Of a DNA stretch of 64,000 nt, positions 19,922-29,948 are shown one piece after another (position 1 is the first letter of the stretch; each line of letters starts with the position of its first letter). The stretch comes from an uncultured Verrucomicrobiae bacterium. Its GTDB lineage: Bacteria; Verrucomicrobiota; Verrucomicrobiia; Limisphaerales; Palsa-1400. The DNA lies in contig OY969763.1 in the NCBI GenBank assembly GCA_963702845.1, positions 5,216,001 to 5,280,000 on the forward strand, read 5' to 3'. A program made the translations under genes and the position numbers. Below the pieces are notes generated by a model that saw only the letters and a program-made list of their open reading frames with translations, ran no database searches and was not told the origin of the DNA.

Positions 19922-22215
19922 GCCAAGCCCTTTCCAACAACCCGCGCATTTCAGTGCGCGCTCTTGAACTGTTCAAAGAACAACAGGGCAGCATCGCCAA
20001 ACACACCGACCACATCTTCGCGTGGCTGATGATTTTCCAATGGGTCGCCGGCATCGCCGCGTCATTGGTCATTTCGCCGCGCGCATGGGTTGGCGACTCC
20101 AGCTACGTCCATATTCACGTTTGGGCGGCCATCCTGCTCGGCGCAATCATCACCGCCGTGCCGGTTGCGATGGCCTATTCCTCCCCGGGCCAGACCTTGA
20201 CCCGACACACCATCGGTGTCGGCCAAATGCTCATGTCCGCCCTCCTCATTCATTTGACTGGCGGGCGCATTGAAACGCATTTTCACGTTTTCGGTTCACT
20301 CGCCATCCTCGCCTTTTATCGCGATTGGCGCGTCCTTGTGTCCGCCTCGGCCGTCGTTTTCGTGGACCATTTGCTGCGCGGGTTCTTCTGGCCACAATCC
20401 GTTTACGGCGTCATGAGTGCGCCCATTTGGCGTTCCTTCGAACACGCGGGCTGGGTTGGTTTCGAAGTCACCTTTCTGATTATTTCCATCCGCAAAAGTT
20501 TGAAAGAAATGCAAAACGTCGCCGAGCGGCAGAGCAATCTTGAAGCAGTCAACGAAACGATCGAACGCACCGTCGCCGAGCGCACCGCTGAACTCACGCG
20601 CGAAATCGCCGAGCGCCGACAAATCGAGGAAGATCTCAAACACAGCCAGGCCCAACTCGCCCATGCGCAACAAATCGCCCATATCGGCAGTTGGGAATGG
20701 GACCTCCTCACCGACAAAGTGATTTGGTCCGACGAAACCGCGCGCCTCTACGGTTTTGCGCCGAACGACCTCGGCATGTCGATGGAAGCCTGCCTGCAAC
20801 GCATCCATCCCGAGGACATCGGCAAAGTCCGCCAGGCCCTCGATTACACGCTCCGGACCGGTCAGCCGTTCGATAGCGATCATCGCGTCCTCTTGCCCGA
20901 CAGTTCCGAACGCGTCATGCACGGTCGCGCCGAAGCCCGTCAGGACGATCTTGGCAAAGTCATCCACGTCATCGGCACCGCCCAGGACATCACCCGCGCG
21001 CGTCGCAACGAAGAAGCCCTGCGTCGCAGCGAAGAACAATTGCGGCAATCCCAAAAAATGGAAGCCGTCGGTCGTCTCGCCGGTGGCGTTGCGCACGATT
21101 TCAACAACCTCCTCACCGTCATCAGCGGCTATTGCGCATTGCTCACCCGCAAAGTCAAAGCCGACGACCCGCTTCGTTCCAGCGCCGACCAAATCCAGCG
21201 GGCCGCCGAACGCGCCGCCGGCTTGACGCGACAACTCCTTGCCTTCAGCCGCAAACAAGTCCTGCAACCGCGCATCCTCGACCTGTCGGAAGTTGTTGGC
21301 GGCATGGAAAAGATGCTACATAGAGTCATCGGTGAAGACATCGAATTGCGCACCATTTACGATGCGAACTCCGGCAAAATCGAAGCCGACCCTGGCCAAA
21401 TTGAACAAGTCATCTTGAATATGGCCGTCAACGCTCGCGACGCCATGCCGCAAGGCGGCAAGCTCACCGTGCGCGTGTCCAACGTTGTCTTCGATCAAAA
21501 AACCGTCATCCGCAATCGCGGCCTCGAAGCCGGTCCTTACGTCATGATCGCCATCAACGACACCGGCGTCGGCATGACGCCCGAAGTCAAAGCCCACCTC
21601 TTTGAACCCTTCTTCACCACCAAAGGCGTCGGCAAAGGCACCGGCCTCGGACTGGCCACCTGCTTCGGCATCATCAGCCAAAGCGGCGGCGACATTCGTG
21701 TTTATAGCGAGCCCGGCTCCGGAACGACCTTTAAAATTTATCTGCCGCACGTCGAAAAAAATGTTGTGCCAGTCATCCCCAACGACGACACCGACACCCT
21801 GCCCGGCGGCACCGAACGCCTCTTGATCGTCGAAGACGACGAAGCCGTGCGCAACCTGACCCGCACCGTTTTGAGCGAATGCGGTTACACGATTGAACTG
21901 GCCAACGACGGCGCTGAAGCCCTGGCATTGCTCGAAAAAGATAACCGTTTCGACCTCATCATCACTGACGTGATCATGCCGCGCATGAGTGGACGGCAAC
22001 TTTACGATCACGTCCAAAAATCATTGGCCGATACCAAGGTCCTTTTCATTTCCGGTTACACCGATGACGCCCTGGCCACGCGCGGCGTCCTCGAACAAGG
22101 ATTTAACTTCCTCGAAAAACCATTCTCACCCCACGCCTTGGCGCGCCGGGTTCGCGAAATCCTCGACGGCGCCGAAGACGACACCATGTTCCGCCGCCTC
22201 AAAGCCACCGCCTAA
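19918..22215 (+). CDS. Hybrid sensor histidine kinase (membrane domain-PAS-HisKA-HATPase-receiver)
   Basis: GRIETHFHVF membrane domain, IGSWEWD PAS, AHDFNNLL H-box, GKGTGLGLA and receiver DVIMP. Confidence 0.95.
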   Translation: MSQALSNNPRISVRALELFKEQQGSIAKHTDHIFAWLMIFQWVAGIAASLVISPRAWVGDSSYVHIHVWAAILLGAIITAVPVAMAYSSPGQTLTRHTIGVGQMLMSALLIHLTGGRIETHFHVFGSLAILAFYRDWRVLVSASAVVFVDHLLRGFFWPQSVYGVMSAPIWRSFEHAGWVGFEVTFLIISIRKSLKEMQNVAERQSNLEAVNETIERTVAERTAELTREIAERRQIEEDLKHSQAQLAHAQQIAHIGSWEWDLLTDKVIWSDETARLYGFAPNDLGMSMEACLQRIHPEDIGKVRQALDYTLRTGQPFDSDHRVLLPDSSERVMHGRAEARQDDLGKVIHVIGTAQDITRARRNEEALRRSEEQLRQSQKMEAVGRLAGGVAHDFNNLLTVISGYCALLTRKVKADDPLRSSADQIQRAAERAAGLTRQLLAFSRKQVLQPRILDLSEVVGGMEKMLHRVIGEDIELRTIYDANSGKIEADPGQIEQVILNMAVNARDAMPQGGKLTVRVSNVVFDQKTVIRNRGLEAGPYVMIAINDTGVGMTPEVKAHLFEPFFTTKGVGKGTGLGLATCFGIISQSGGDIRVYSEPGSGTTFKIYLPHVEKNVVPVIPNDDTDTLPGGTERLLIVEDDEAVRNLTRTVLSECGYTIELANDGAEALALLEKDNRFDLIITDVIMPRMSGRQLYDHVQKSLADTKVLFISGYTDDALATRGVLEQGFNFLEKPFSPHALARRVREILDGAEDDTMFRRLKATA

Positions 22216-22229
22216 CAGAGCCGGATGTA

Positions 22230-22379
22230 TAACCACCAAGACACCAAGTTAAGAACAGATTAGCCGCAGCAGTGCGGAAAAAGGTGGATCGCGCCAAGCC
22301 GACGCGGTGTTTCAAAAAATGATTTTCTTCTTCTTTGTCCTCTGGGGTTTTCTTGGTGCCTTGGTGCCTTGGTGGTTAA
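22230..22379. repeat. REP-like inverted repeat
   Basis: aaccaccaagacaccaag ... cttggtgccttggtgccttggtggtt. Confidence 0.6.
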
Positions 22380-22475
22380 AACAATCCGTGTTTGCGAACC
22401 GGACGTTCCGGTCTGTGTTCCATCCGTCGCTAAAATTGGCCTCGATTTCCCACCGTTACCGTCCTACTCTCCGCT

Positions 22476-22943
22476 ATGGACATCGTCTTCAAGTGCCCAA
22501 GTTGTGAACAGGAACTCGAAGTGGATGCCAGCGGGGCCGGCACACAAATCCAATGCCCCTCTTGCAACACGGTCATTACCGTTCCCAATCCTGAACCGGC
22601 CAACATCGTCACCATGCCGGACGTCACCAATGCCGCCCGACTTGAAGAAAAACACTACTCCGTCCCACACGACAAAGCGCCCGAGGCCTTGATTAAAAAG
22701 CCGAAACGCCCCCTTGAAATCGCGGCCAAAGACGGCGACAAAAAAATCCGCGTCAAAACCATTCGCCGTTCGGATTGCCAGGAAGTCGGACGCGACCACT
22801 TCGACGAACGCGTTTCAGAATTTTTGGATCAGGTAGGCCAGTCTAATATCGTGTCCATCAACGCCATCAACTACAGCCATCCCGACGCCGGCGGTCACAA
22901 CATCGTTCAGGACTACGGCGTGATGATCGTGTTCAAAGGCTGA
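22476..22943 (+). CDS. Zinc-ribbon domain protein
   Basis: N-terminal CPSC...CPSC. Confidence 0.75.
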   Translation: MDIVFKCPSCEQELEVDASGAGTQIQCPSCNTVITVPNPEPANIVTMPDVTNAARLEEKHYSVPHDKAPEALIKKPKRPLEIAAKDGDKKIRVKTIRRSDCQEVGRDHFDERVSEFLDQVGQSNIVSINAINYSHPDAGGHNIVQDYGVMIVFKG

Positions 22944-22970
22944 TAACGGCGACGTTTGGAGCCTTGCAGC

Positions 22971-23072
22971 ACATGGCGTAGCCATGTTTGAAGGTAGCCG
23001 TGGGTTTCAACCCATGGGAAGGTGTAAAAACTAACAGTATCTGTGTCGCGTAGCGACACGTCAACCGGCGTT
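22971..23072. repeat. REP-like repeat, family A, copy 3 (partial)
   Basis: acatggcgtagccatgtttgaaggtagccgtgggtttcaaccc ... gtcgcgtagcgacacg. Confidence 0.8.
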
Positions 23073-23116
23073 TGAATGCTTTCTAATTGTCCGACAAAGG
23101 CTCGTGATTTTTGCCT

Positions 23117-23623
23117 TCACGCGGACTCTTGCGGCCGGTCGTCTGACCTCTGCGGACGCCGTTTGATCGTTGGCGGTTGAGCAACCTTCTTCGCAGCCAC
23201 GGCTTTCGCAGGTTTCTCCTCCAACCATTTCGTAAGAAACTCGATCACATCCTGGCATTGGTAAGTCTTACGGAAATACGCCGTCGCTCCCGCCGCCGCC
23301 GCGTGACTGACGTCCACATCCTCGTTCGACGTGGAATAAAGCACCATTGGAAGCTCGCGGAACTTTGGATGGGCCCGCACCCACTGTAGTAATTCAAGGC
23401 CGCTCATGCGAAACATCTTCATGTCGCTCAAAATGATTTGCGGCAATGGATACTGCTCGCGATCGACGTATTGCTCCTCGCCGTTGAGATATTCCACCGC
23501 GAACATCCCGTCCGGGGCGGTTTGCAGATTCAGGGGTAGCCCGGATTTTTTGAGGGCCCGCTCAAAGACAACCGCATCATTCGGATCGTCTTCCACGTAT
23601 AAGATAGTCGGCTTACTACGCAT
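23117..23623 (-). CDS. Single-domain response regulator
   Basis: ILYVEDDPND, ILSDMKM.. SGLELL, STS and YFRK. Confidence 0.9.
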   Translation of the reverse strand: MRSKPTILYVEDDPNDAVVFERALKKSGLPLNLQTAPDGMFAVEYLNGEEQYVDREQYPLPQIILSDMKMFRMSGLELLQWVRAHPKFRELPMVLYSTSNEDVDVSHAAAAGATAYFRKTYQCQDVIEFLTKWLEEKPAKAVAAKKVAQPPTIKRRPQRSDDRPQESA

Positions 23624-23782
23624 GTTTCCCTTTCGTTGTTAAACGGCCTGGACGACCGCACGATAATAGCCAACCGCCCGACGTTGTCAATCGCACCTAT
23701 GGCGTAATCGGGTGTCAGATAATTACCCACAAGCCACGTCAGGTTACGTGCCACACCATCAAAAACCGCACATTTTTGTGGA

Positions 23783-23835
23783 AAAAAGTGCTGTTTCTTT
23801 CCCTCCTCTCCCTCCTTTCCCTACATTTTTTGACG
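23783..23835 (+). promoter_or_regulatory. Shared phage-module promoter element, copy 2 (faces protease-capsid)
   Basis: aaaaagtgctgtttctttccctcctctccctcctttccctacattttTTGACG. Confidence 0.8.
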
Positions 23836-23998
23836 GTGTAGCAATTTAATACAAACTCCCCCACGTGCATGAAGCACCTGTCGCCCCCCGCCGTGAGGAG
23901 GCACTGAATGAAGAAAATTCGAAGCACGAAGCTCGAAATTCGAAACTTGGAAGAAGCCTCCTCACGACGGCGGCACAGAAACCGAAAGAACAAAAGAT

Positions 23999-24733
23999 AT
24001 GAACGAAATTTTAGAACGAGAATTTGGATCGCGCTTAATCAACCTGCGCAACGGCGCGCGCGGCCTGCGCGAAGGCCTCCACGTCCGCACCAGCATCCCC
24101 AAAGACGCCGGCAGCGAACCGGTCGTCGACTTCATCAGCTCCGATGAATCGCTCGATCGCTACAACGAAGTCATCAGCGCCTCCGGCTGGGTGCTCGATC
24201 CCTATTTGAAAAACCCGGTGTTCCAGGACTCGCACGATTACTCCACCATCCTGCGCACCATCGGCAAAGCCAGCGTCACCCAGGTGCGCGATGGAAAACT
24301 CTTTCAACGCATTCACTTCGCCGTCAACGCGAACCCGTTGGCCAAGATCGCCCACGCACTTTACAAAGGCGGTTTTCTCAACGCCGTCTCTGTCGGCTTC
24401 GTGCCCTTGAAATGGCAAAATGGCGATAGCGCCACCGGCTTTTCGCGCCGATACACCAAACAAGTTTTGCTCGAAACCAGCGCCGTCGCCATTCCCGCCA
24501 ATCCCAACGCCTTGCAACTGGCCTACGATTCCGGCGCGGTCGAGAAAAGCGACCTTCGTGAACTCCACCAGCTTCTGAGCGCCGTGGCTTCCGAAGCTCA
24601 TCACACGTCACTCGCCAATAATCACTTTCCGTCGGCAGCTCCACGTTCCAACACCAGCGCTTTGGGAACGTCCAGCGATGAAGCGCAGCAGTTAGTCAAC
24701 CTGATGAAACAAGCCGCGGCACTGTGCCGATAG
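23999..24733 (+). CDS. HK97-family phage prohead protease
   Basis: SDESLDRYNEVI, KNPVFQDSHDY, IGK, GFLNAVSVGF and LLETSAVAIPANPNA. Confidence 0.92.
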   Translation: MNEILEREFGSRLINLRNGARGLREGLHVRTSIPKDAGSEPVVDFISSDESLDRYNEVISASGWVLDPYLKNPVFQDSHDYSTILRTIGKASVTQVRDGKLFQRIHFAVNANPLAKIAHALYKGGFLNAVSVGFVPLKWQNGDSATGFSRRYTKQVLLETSAVAIPANPNALQLAYDSGAVEKSDLRELHQLLSAVASEAHHTSLANNHFPSAAPRSNTSALGTSSDEAQQLVNLMKQAAALCR

Positions 24734-24750
24734 GCCTGAACCATCAACCC

Positions 24751-24888
24751 GTAGCGCAGGTTTCCAAACCTGCTGTATCGCAGGCCTCCGAGCCTGCGGG
24801 GCGTAGGAACTTCGCAACGTTTGCGAACCACCGACGCGCTGCCGATTTGGAAATCGGCGATACAGCAGACTTGGAAGTCTGCGATACG
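24751..24888. repeat. REP-like palindromic repeat between protease and capsid genes
   Basis: gtagcgcaggtttccaaacctgctgtatcgc ... gccgatttggaaatcggcgatacagcagacttggaagtctgcgatac. Confidence 0.8.
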
Positions 24889-24926
24889 AAACAGAACCGA
24901 ACCAAAAACAAAGAAAGAAGAAAAAT

Positions 24927-26174
24927 ATGAACACAGAAATCACAACTCAGCCGCTTGAGGAAATGAAGTCCCTCCTGCAACAAATCCAATGGGCCAATCG
25001 CGAACTGGTTAAAGATTACCAGAGCGCGTCCACCGAAATCAAAACCCTCGGCGCTTCACACCAGAAGCTCTCGACCGATTTCGCCGAAGCCCAGAAACAC
25101 CTCGAACAACTCCGCCGCGGCACACTCGGCGCGACCAGTTCACGCCTCGCGCACCAGGCCGTCAGCGACGATTGCGCGCGTTACATCGCGGCAGCCGTCG
25201 TGTGCGGCGCGGACGCCATCGGTGGCCTCAACCACATCAAAGGCGCGCAACGCGACAGCCTTGTCGGCGAATGCAAAAACGTTCTCGGCCTCGAAACCCG
25301 CTCCGCATTGACCACGAGCGATATTCCGTTGCCGACGATGTATTCGCAGCAAGTCGTCGAACTCGTTTGGAAATACGGCCAGGCGCGCCAATTCGCCACC
25401 GTCTATCCACTCGGCCAGGGCACCACGAAGTTGCCGCAGTTGAAGACCAGCCCGAGCTTTGGCTTCATCTCCCAAAGCGCGAGCATCACGGAAAAATCGC
25501 CGCAGATTCAATTCGTGACCTTCAACCCGCAAAAAGCCGGCGGCCTCGTGCGCATCCCCTCCGAGATCGACGCCGACAGCATCGTCCCGCTCGGCCAATT
25601 CCTGGCGCGTTACATCGCCCGTGAAATGGCGCGCTGGGAAGACAGCGTGTTGTTCCTTGCCGACGGCACTGGCACTTACAACAGCCTCAAAGGCGTTGGC
25701 CAGACCGCCATCGACAACGCGTTCGCCTTGCAATTGGCCACGAGCAAAACCAAACCGACCGACATCACGGTGAACGACGTGCGCAACCTGCGCGCGAAAG
25801 TGAACTCGGCCGCGTTGTTCAGTGGCGCATACTACTTCCATCCCACGATGGAAGCGTTGCTGCGCTCCTTCAACAGCGGTGCCAACCCGCCGTTCGTCGT
25901 GAACGCGAATGGCCAGGCCACGTTCGAAGGCTTCCCCGTCCGCTGGGTCGGCGTGTTGCCCGTCTACGACGGCAACGCCCACGCGTCCCAGGTGCAGGGT
26001 GCTTTCGGTGACCTGAGCTACTGGTACTTCGGCGAACGTTCGTCCGTCTCGATGGACGTTTCCCGCGAAGTCTACTTCGCGACCGACGAACTGGCCGTGC
26101 GCGCCCTTGAGCGTTTCACCGTGCAGCTGATGGCCAACGACGCCGTCGCTGCGTTGCAATTAGCCGCGAGTTAA
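24927..26174 (+). CDS. HK97-family phage major capsid protein
   Basis: N-terminal coiled-coil delta domain, IPLPTMYSQQVVEL, PQKAGGLVRIPSEIDADS, GDLSYW and FATDELAVRALERF. It follows the prohead protease. Confidence 0.9.
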   Translation: MNTEITTQPLEEMKSLLQQIQWANRELVKDYQSASTEIKTLGASHQKLSTDFAEAQKHLEQLRRGTLGATSSRLAHQAVSDDCARYIAAAVVCGADAIGGLNHIKGAQRDSLVGECKNVLGLETRSALTTSDIPLPTMYSQQVVELVWKYGQARQFATVYPLGQGTTKLPQLKTSPSFGFISQSASITEKSPQIQFVTFNPQKAGGLVRIPSEIDADSIVPLGQFLARYIAREMARWEDSVLFLADGTGTYNSLKGVGQTAIDNAFALQLATSKTKPTDITVNDVRNLRAKVNSAALFSGAYYFHPTMEALLRSFNSGANPPFVVNANGQATFEGFPVRWVGVLPVYDGNAHASQVQGAFGDLSYWYFGERSSVSMDVSREVYFATDELAVRALERFTVQLMANDAVAALQLAAS

Positions 26175-26648
26175 ACCAACCGCCACAACCCACCCCCCTC
26201 TCCTCCCAGGGACGACTCGAGATTCTTCTCATGTCGCTGTCGGAGGAGAGGGCAAGTGGGCGGAGGAAAAAAATATGAAAATTGAAATCAATTCACCCGT
26301 AAATCGCCACATCGCCCCGACGTGCAACATTTCGCGAAGCGAGAATGACCTACGCAGCACTGCTCATTCCTCAACCCTGAACTCTCAACCCTCAACAAAT
26401 CTTTACCGCCACCGCGCCGTAGTGCGCGCCCGCCGCCGCCGTCGCGGTTTTGGTGGGCCGCTCCGCTGAGCTCTTTCGGAGTGCGGATCGCCGACGTCCG
26501 CAGCAACGTCGGTCGCAACCATCGCGTCAAAAACAATTCGCGCGCCAACACCACATCTTACGTTGCCGCGCCCGCGACGGGCGCACTCCGATAATTACTA
26601 ATCCCTTGATTCCACATCGCACCAAAGACATGGTCATGCGCGACGTTC

Positions 26649-27563
26649 ATGGATAAGCAACGCCAAAACTTGATCGGTGGTGTGCTGCTCGGCACGGCCA
26701 TCGCGATTTTCCTAGAGGTAGTCGGCTACCTTATCGTTCGTGGGGCTCGCGCAGAGTTCGGCTGGGTGATGTTCATTATTGTGCCGTTTGTTTCAGGCTT
26801 TGCCGTTGCCGCCGTCGTGCGACACCCCAAACGGATCCTCGCGTGCTGTATAACCGGCGGCATCATCACGTTCTCACTCATGCTATTTTTAGGATGGGAG
26901 GGCATCATTTGCTGCGCGATATCGTCGCCCTTGGTTGCCTTCGGCGTCTGCGTCGGCGCATTCATGGGCTATAAGGTGCGCGGACGCTTCATCGACAAAC
27001 TTCCAGACCCGGGAAAGACGACGATTTTGTTACTCCCGCTCTGCCTGCTCTTCATCGCAGCCGCGGACCGCGTTGAGCGTCCATTGCGTTCAATCCAGCA
27101 ACACGAAACTTTCACTACCGAGACTATGATCGCAGCTTCGTCGGAGCGCACATGGGATTTGGTCGCGCAAATGCACAAACTCGATGGCCCGCGACCATTC
27201 TTGTTATGGGCCGGCTTGCCAAATCCAACACGGTGCGAGCTGGATCATCCCGGCGTTGGCGGACATCGGGTTTGTTATTTCGATAGCGGGATCATTACAC
27301 AGGAAGTCACCGACTGGCGGCGGCCTGAATTCATGGGCTTGCGGATTACAGAAAGCACCTTGCCCGGGCGGCACTGGCTCACTTTCATCAACGCCAGTTA
27401 CGAACTATATCCGGAAGGCGCGAACACAAAAGTGGTGCGCCACACCACCATCGGGACACGACTATATCCACGTTGGTACTGGCGACCTTTGGAAAGATGG
27501 GGCGTCACCTCCGAGCACGAGTTCGTCTTCTCTAATCTGCATAGATGGACAGACGCAAAATGA
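26649..27563 (+). CDS. Membrane protein with C-terminal SRPBCC-like domain
   Basis: Several TM helices (WEGIICC) followed by GLPNP...GVGGHRVCYF...VTDW. Confidence 0.65.
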   Translation: MDKQRQNLIGGVLLGTAIAIFLEVVGYLIVRGARAEFGWVMFIIVPFVSGFAVAAVVRHPKRILACCITGGIITFSLMLFLGWEGIICCAISSPLVAFGVCVGAFMGYKVRGRFIDKLPDPGKTTILLLPLCLLFIAAADRVERPLRSIQQHETFTTETMIAASSERTWDLVAQMHKLDGPRPFLLWAGLPNPTRCELDHPGVGGHRVCYFDSGIITQEVTDWRRPEFMGLRITESTLPGRHWLTFINASYELYPEGANTKVVRHTTIGTRLYPRWYWRPLERWGVTSEHEFVFSNLHRWTDAK

Positions 27564-27597
27564 GCGATTGCCCACGTGCCGAACGGCTTCTCAGTTG

Positions 27598-28533
27598 ATG
27601 ATGAAACCGCTCCACCTCCTCCTCGTCGCGTTCACTATCGCCACCGCGGCGCTCCACGCCGCTGACGAGCCGAAGAAACCGCGCATCGTTGGCGATTGGT
27701 GGCAGGTCGCGGGCGATCCTGATCTCGGGAATCTCACCAATCCAAAACAGCAAACGGTCGACTTCGCCGTCTGGCAGGCCGCCGATGGCGCGTGGCAACT
27801 TTGGTCCTGCATTCGCGGGACGAAAGAGCCGGGCAACACACGCCTCTTTTACCGCTGGGAAAACGCCACGCTTACCGAACCCAATTGGAAACCGACGGGC
27901 ATCGCCATGCGCGCCGACCCAAAGACCGCCGAAGCGCAGGGCGGCTTGCAGGCTCCGTTTGTTTTCCGCGACGGCGCGCGCTTCGTCATGTTTTACGGCG
28001 GCTGGAACGACATCTGTTCCGCGACCAGCACCGACGGAAAAACCTTCGCGCGCATTACAAACGCGCAAGGCAAAGTGACCCTCTTCGGCGCGCCCACCGG
28101 CAACACGCGTGACCCGATGGTCATTCGCATCGGCGCACTCTGGCATTGCTACTACACCGCCCATCCCGAAAACAAAGGCGCAGTCTATTGCCGCACCTCA
28201 TCCGACCTGAAGCACTGGAGCGACCCACACCTCGTCGCCCGCGCCGGCCAATCCGGCGACGGCCCATGGTCATCCGAATGTCCATTCGTCGTCGAACTCG
28301 CCCCGGGCCAGTTCTACCTCTTCCGCAATCAAGTTTACGGTAAGGACGCCCGGTGCAGCGTCTACTACTCGCGCGACCCGTTCGATTTTGGCGTGGCCCA
28401 CGACGAAGGCCACTTCATCTGCACCCTGCCTTTGGCCGCACCGGAAATAATCCATCAGGGAAACGAATGGTTCATCGCCTCACTCCTCCCCTCGCTCAAA
28501 GGCATCCGAATCGCCCGGCTCGCGTGGGAATAA
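27598..28533 (+). CDS. Secreted beta-propeller glycoside hydrolase-like protein (GH32/GH43-like fold)
   Basis: Signal peptide, QAPFV, TRDPMV, SSDLKHWS, SECPFV and AAPEII. Confidence 0.65.
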   Translation: MMKPLHLLLVAFTIATAALHAADEPKKPRIVGDWWQVAGDPDLGNLTNPKQQTVDFAVWQAADGAWQLWSCIRGTKEPGNTRLFYRWENATLTEPNWKPTGIAMRADPKTAEAQGGLQAPFVFRDGARFVMFYGGWNDICSATSTDGKTFARITNAQGKVTLFGAPTGNTRDPMVIRIGALWHCYYTAHPENKGAVYCRTSSDLKHWSDPHLVARAGQSGDGPWSSECPFVVELAPGQFYLFRNQVYGKDARCSVYYSRDPFDFGVAHDEGHFICTLPLAAPEIIHQGNEWFIASLLPSLKGIRIARLAWE

Positions 28534-28592
28534 CGGGATCTGATCATGGCTACGTCATGGACCAAAACGTGCGCCACAAACCCTTCCCTTAC

Positions 28593-28943
28593 TTACTGAA
28601 CTTTAAGTTCGCTTCTTTGCCCGTCTTGCGTCGTCACCCATGCCTTGGAGAGATGCCATTCGGACAGCTTGCTGCCTTTGACGAAGTGATAGGTGTAACA
28701 GGACGGATCATCGCCTCTCATCACAAAAATATTCCGCGTGCAGGGATAAGTGATACGGTCGAACATCTGCGAGCCTTCCATGTGAATGTCACCACCTTCA
28801 CCAGGAGGCAACCCCGGCAGTTTACCGGCATCCTCCATCTCCACAAAAACCCGCGCTAAATCTTTTTGGACATTATTTGTGGCACATGAAACAAAGAGCC
28901 AACAGGTCGCTAATACGAATACGGTCTGAATTGTTCTACGCAT
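28593..28943 (-). CDS. Hypothetical lipoprotein
   Basis: Signal peptide ending FVSC. Confidence 0.6.
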   Translation of the reverse strand: MRRTIQTVFVLATCWLFVSCATNNVQKDLARVFVEMEDAGKLPGLPPGEGGDIHMEGSQMFDRITYPCTRNIFVMRGDDPSCYTYHFVKGSKLSEWHLSKAWVTTQDGQRSELKVQ

Positions 28944-29087
28944 AAGAAATCGTTTACCTCGTTTGGACTATCCAACCACCGAGCTTAACACTAGCGATAC
29001 CAACAAACAATCCCTCAGCTGGCTAAAACCTGCCTTTTAGCCACTCAAGAACCATGCCACCCGTCTGAAAACGCCACATTTCGTCAT

Positions 29088-29141
29088 AAAAAGGTGCTGT
29101 TTCTTTCCCTGGCTTCCCTCCTTTCCCTACATTTTTTGACG
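29088..29141 (+). promoter_or_regulatory. Shared phage-module promoter element, copy 3 (faces connector-portal-TerL)
   Basis: aaaaaggtgctgtttctttccctggcttccctcctttccctacattttTTGACG. Confidence 0.8.
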
Positions 29142-29258
29142 GAGTAGTCGCTTCTTGTCAGCATCGCAGCGTGACGGCAAAGAGCCGGCCTGGCGGCTGG
29201 GCTTTGAAAAACACGCCGATTGGCATCCGTCCGCAATTTGAAAACGAAAGAGCTACTT

Positions 29259-29837
29259 ATGCTGACTCAATTATCCACTGTAAAAACCCGCCTCAACGTC
29301 ACCGACACAAGCTTCGACGGCCCCCTGGCCAACGCCATCGCTGGTTTCAGCGAACGGTTTGAGCGCGAGTGCAATCGCAAATTCGCCCGCCAGGTCAATG
29401 CCATCGAAGAATTCTCCGCCGACCAAATCGAGATCTGTCCCGTCTCGTGGCCGATCGAATCGGTCGGGTCGTTCGATTTGAAAACGAAGGAAAGCGACGG
29501 ATGGCAACCGGTCACGCCGACGCCGGATTATTTGATTCGGAGCAATTGCGTGATTTCGCTGGAGACCGCCACCGGCTCGCGCTTCCAACAGGCGCGCGTC
29601 ACTTACACTGGCGGTTACGTGCTTCCGGGAACGACGCCGGGCACGGGGCAAACGCCGTTGCCGAGTGACCTCGAGCAGGCGTGCGTCGAACAAGTCGTTT
29701 ACTGGTATCAAAACCGCACGACCCTGGGCTTTCTCACTGCAACCGTCGGTCCCGGCACGCATCTCGTTCAAGGCGATTTGCTGCCGGGCGTCGCCGCTGT
29801 CCTCCAGAAATACACCCGCATCAGTTTTGACCAATAA
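29259..29837 (+). CDS. Phage head-tail connector / head completion protein (gp6-like)
   Basis: LTQLSTVKTRL...FERECNRKF...VTYTGGY...LPSDLEQACVEQV..WY...VAAVLQKY. Confidence 0.8.
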   Translation: MLTQLSTVKTRLNVTDTSFDGPLANAIAGFSERFERECNRKFARQVNAIEEFSADQIEICPVSWPIESVGSFDLKTKESDGWQPVTPTPDYLIRSNCVISLETATGSRFQQARVTYTGGYVLPGTTPGTGQTPLPSDLEQACVEQVVYWYQNRTTLGFLTATVGPGTHLVQGDLLPGVAAVLQKYTRISFDQ

Positions 29838-29845
29838 ACCAAATC

Positions 29846-29922
29846 GTAGCAGCCGAGGTTACGAGGCTCTGACGTCTGAGCGAATCGACGCGGAAGTTAG
29901 AGCCTCCTCACATCGGCGCTAC
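29846..29922. repeat. REP-like inverted repeat (related copy at about 23883-23975)
   Basis: gtagcagccgaggttacgaggctc ... gagcctcctcacatcggcgctac. Confidence 0.7.
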
Positions 29923-29948
29923 AACAACACAAAGAAAGAAAAAATATT

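Noticed and set aside
4978..23072. CRISPR array from the repeated palindromes
   Set aside because: Copies are dispersed and internally palindromic, with no regular repeat-spacer period and no cas genes.
24927..26174. Encapsulin nanocompartment
   Set aside because: The capsid has a delta domain and comes with a prohead protease, portal and terminase, which indicates a DNA-packaging head.
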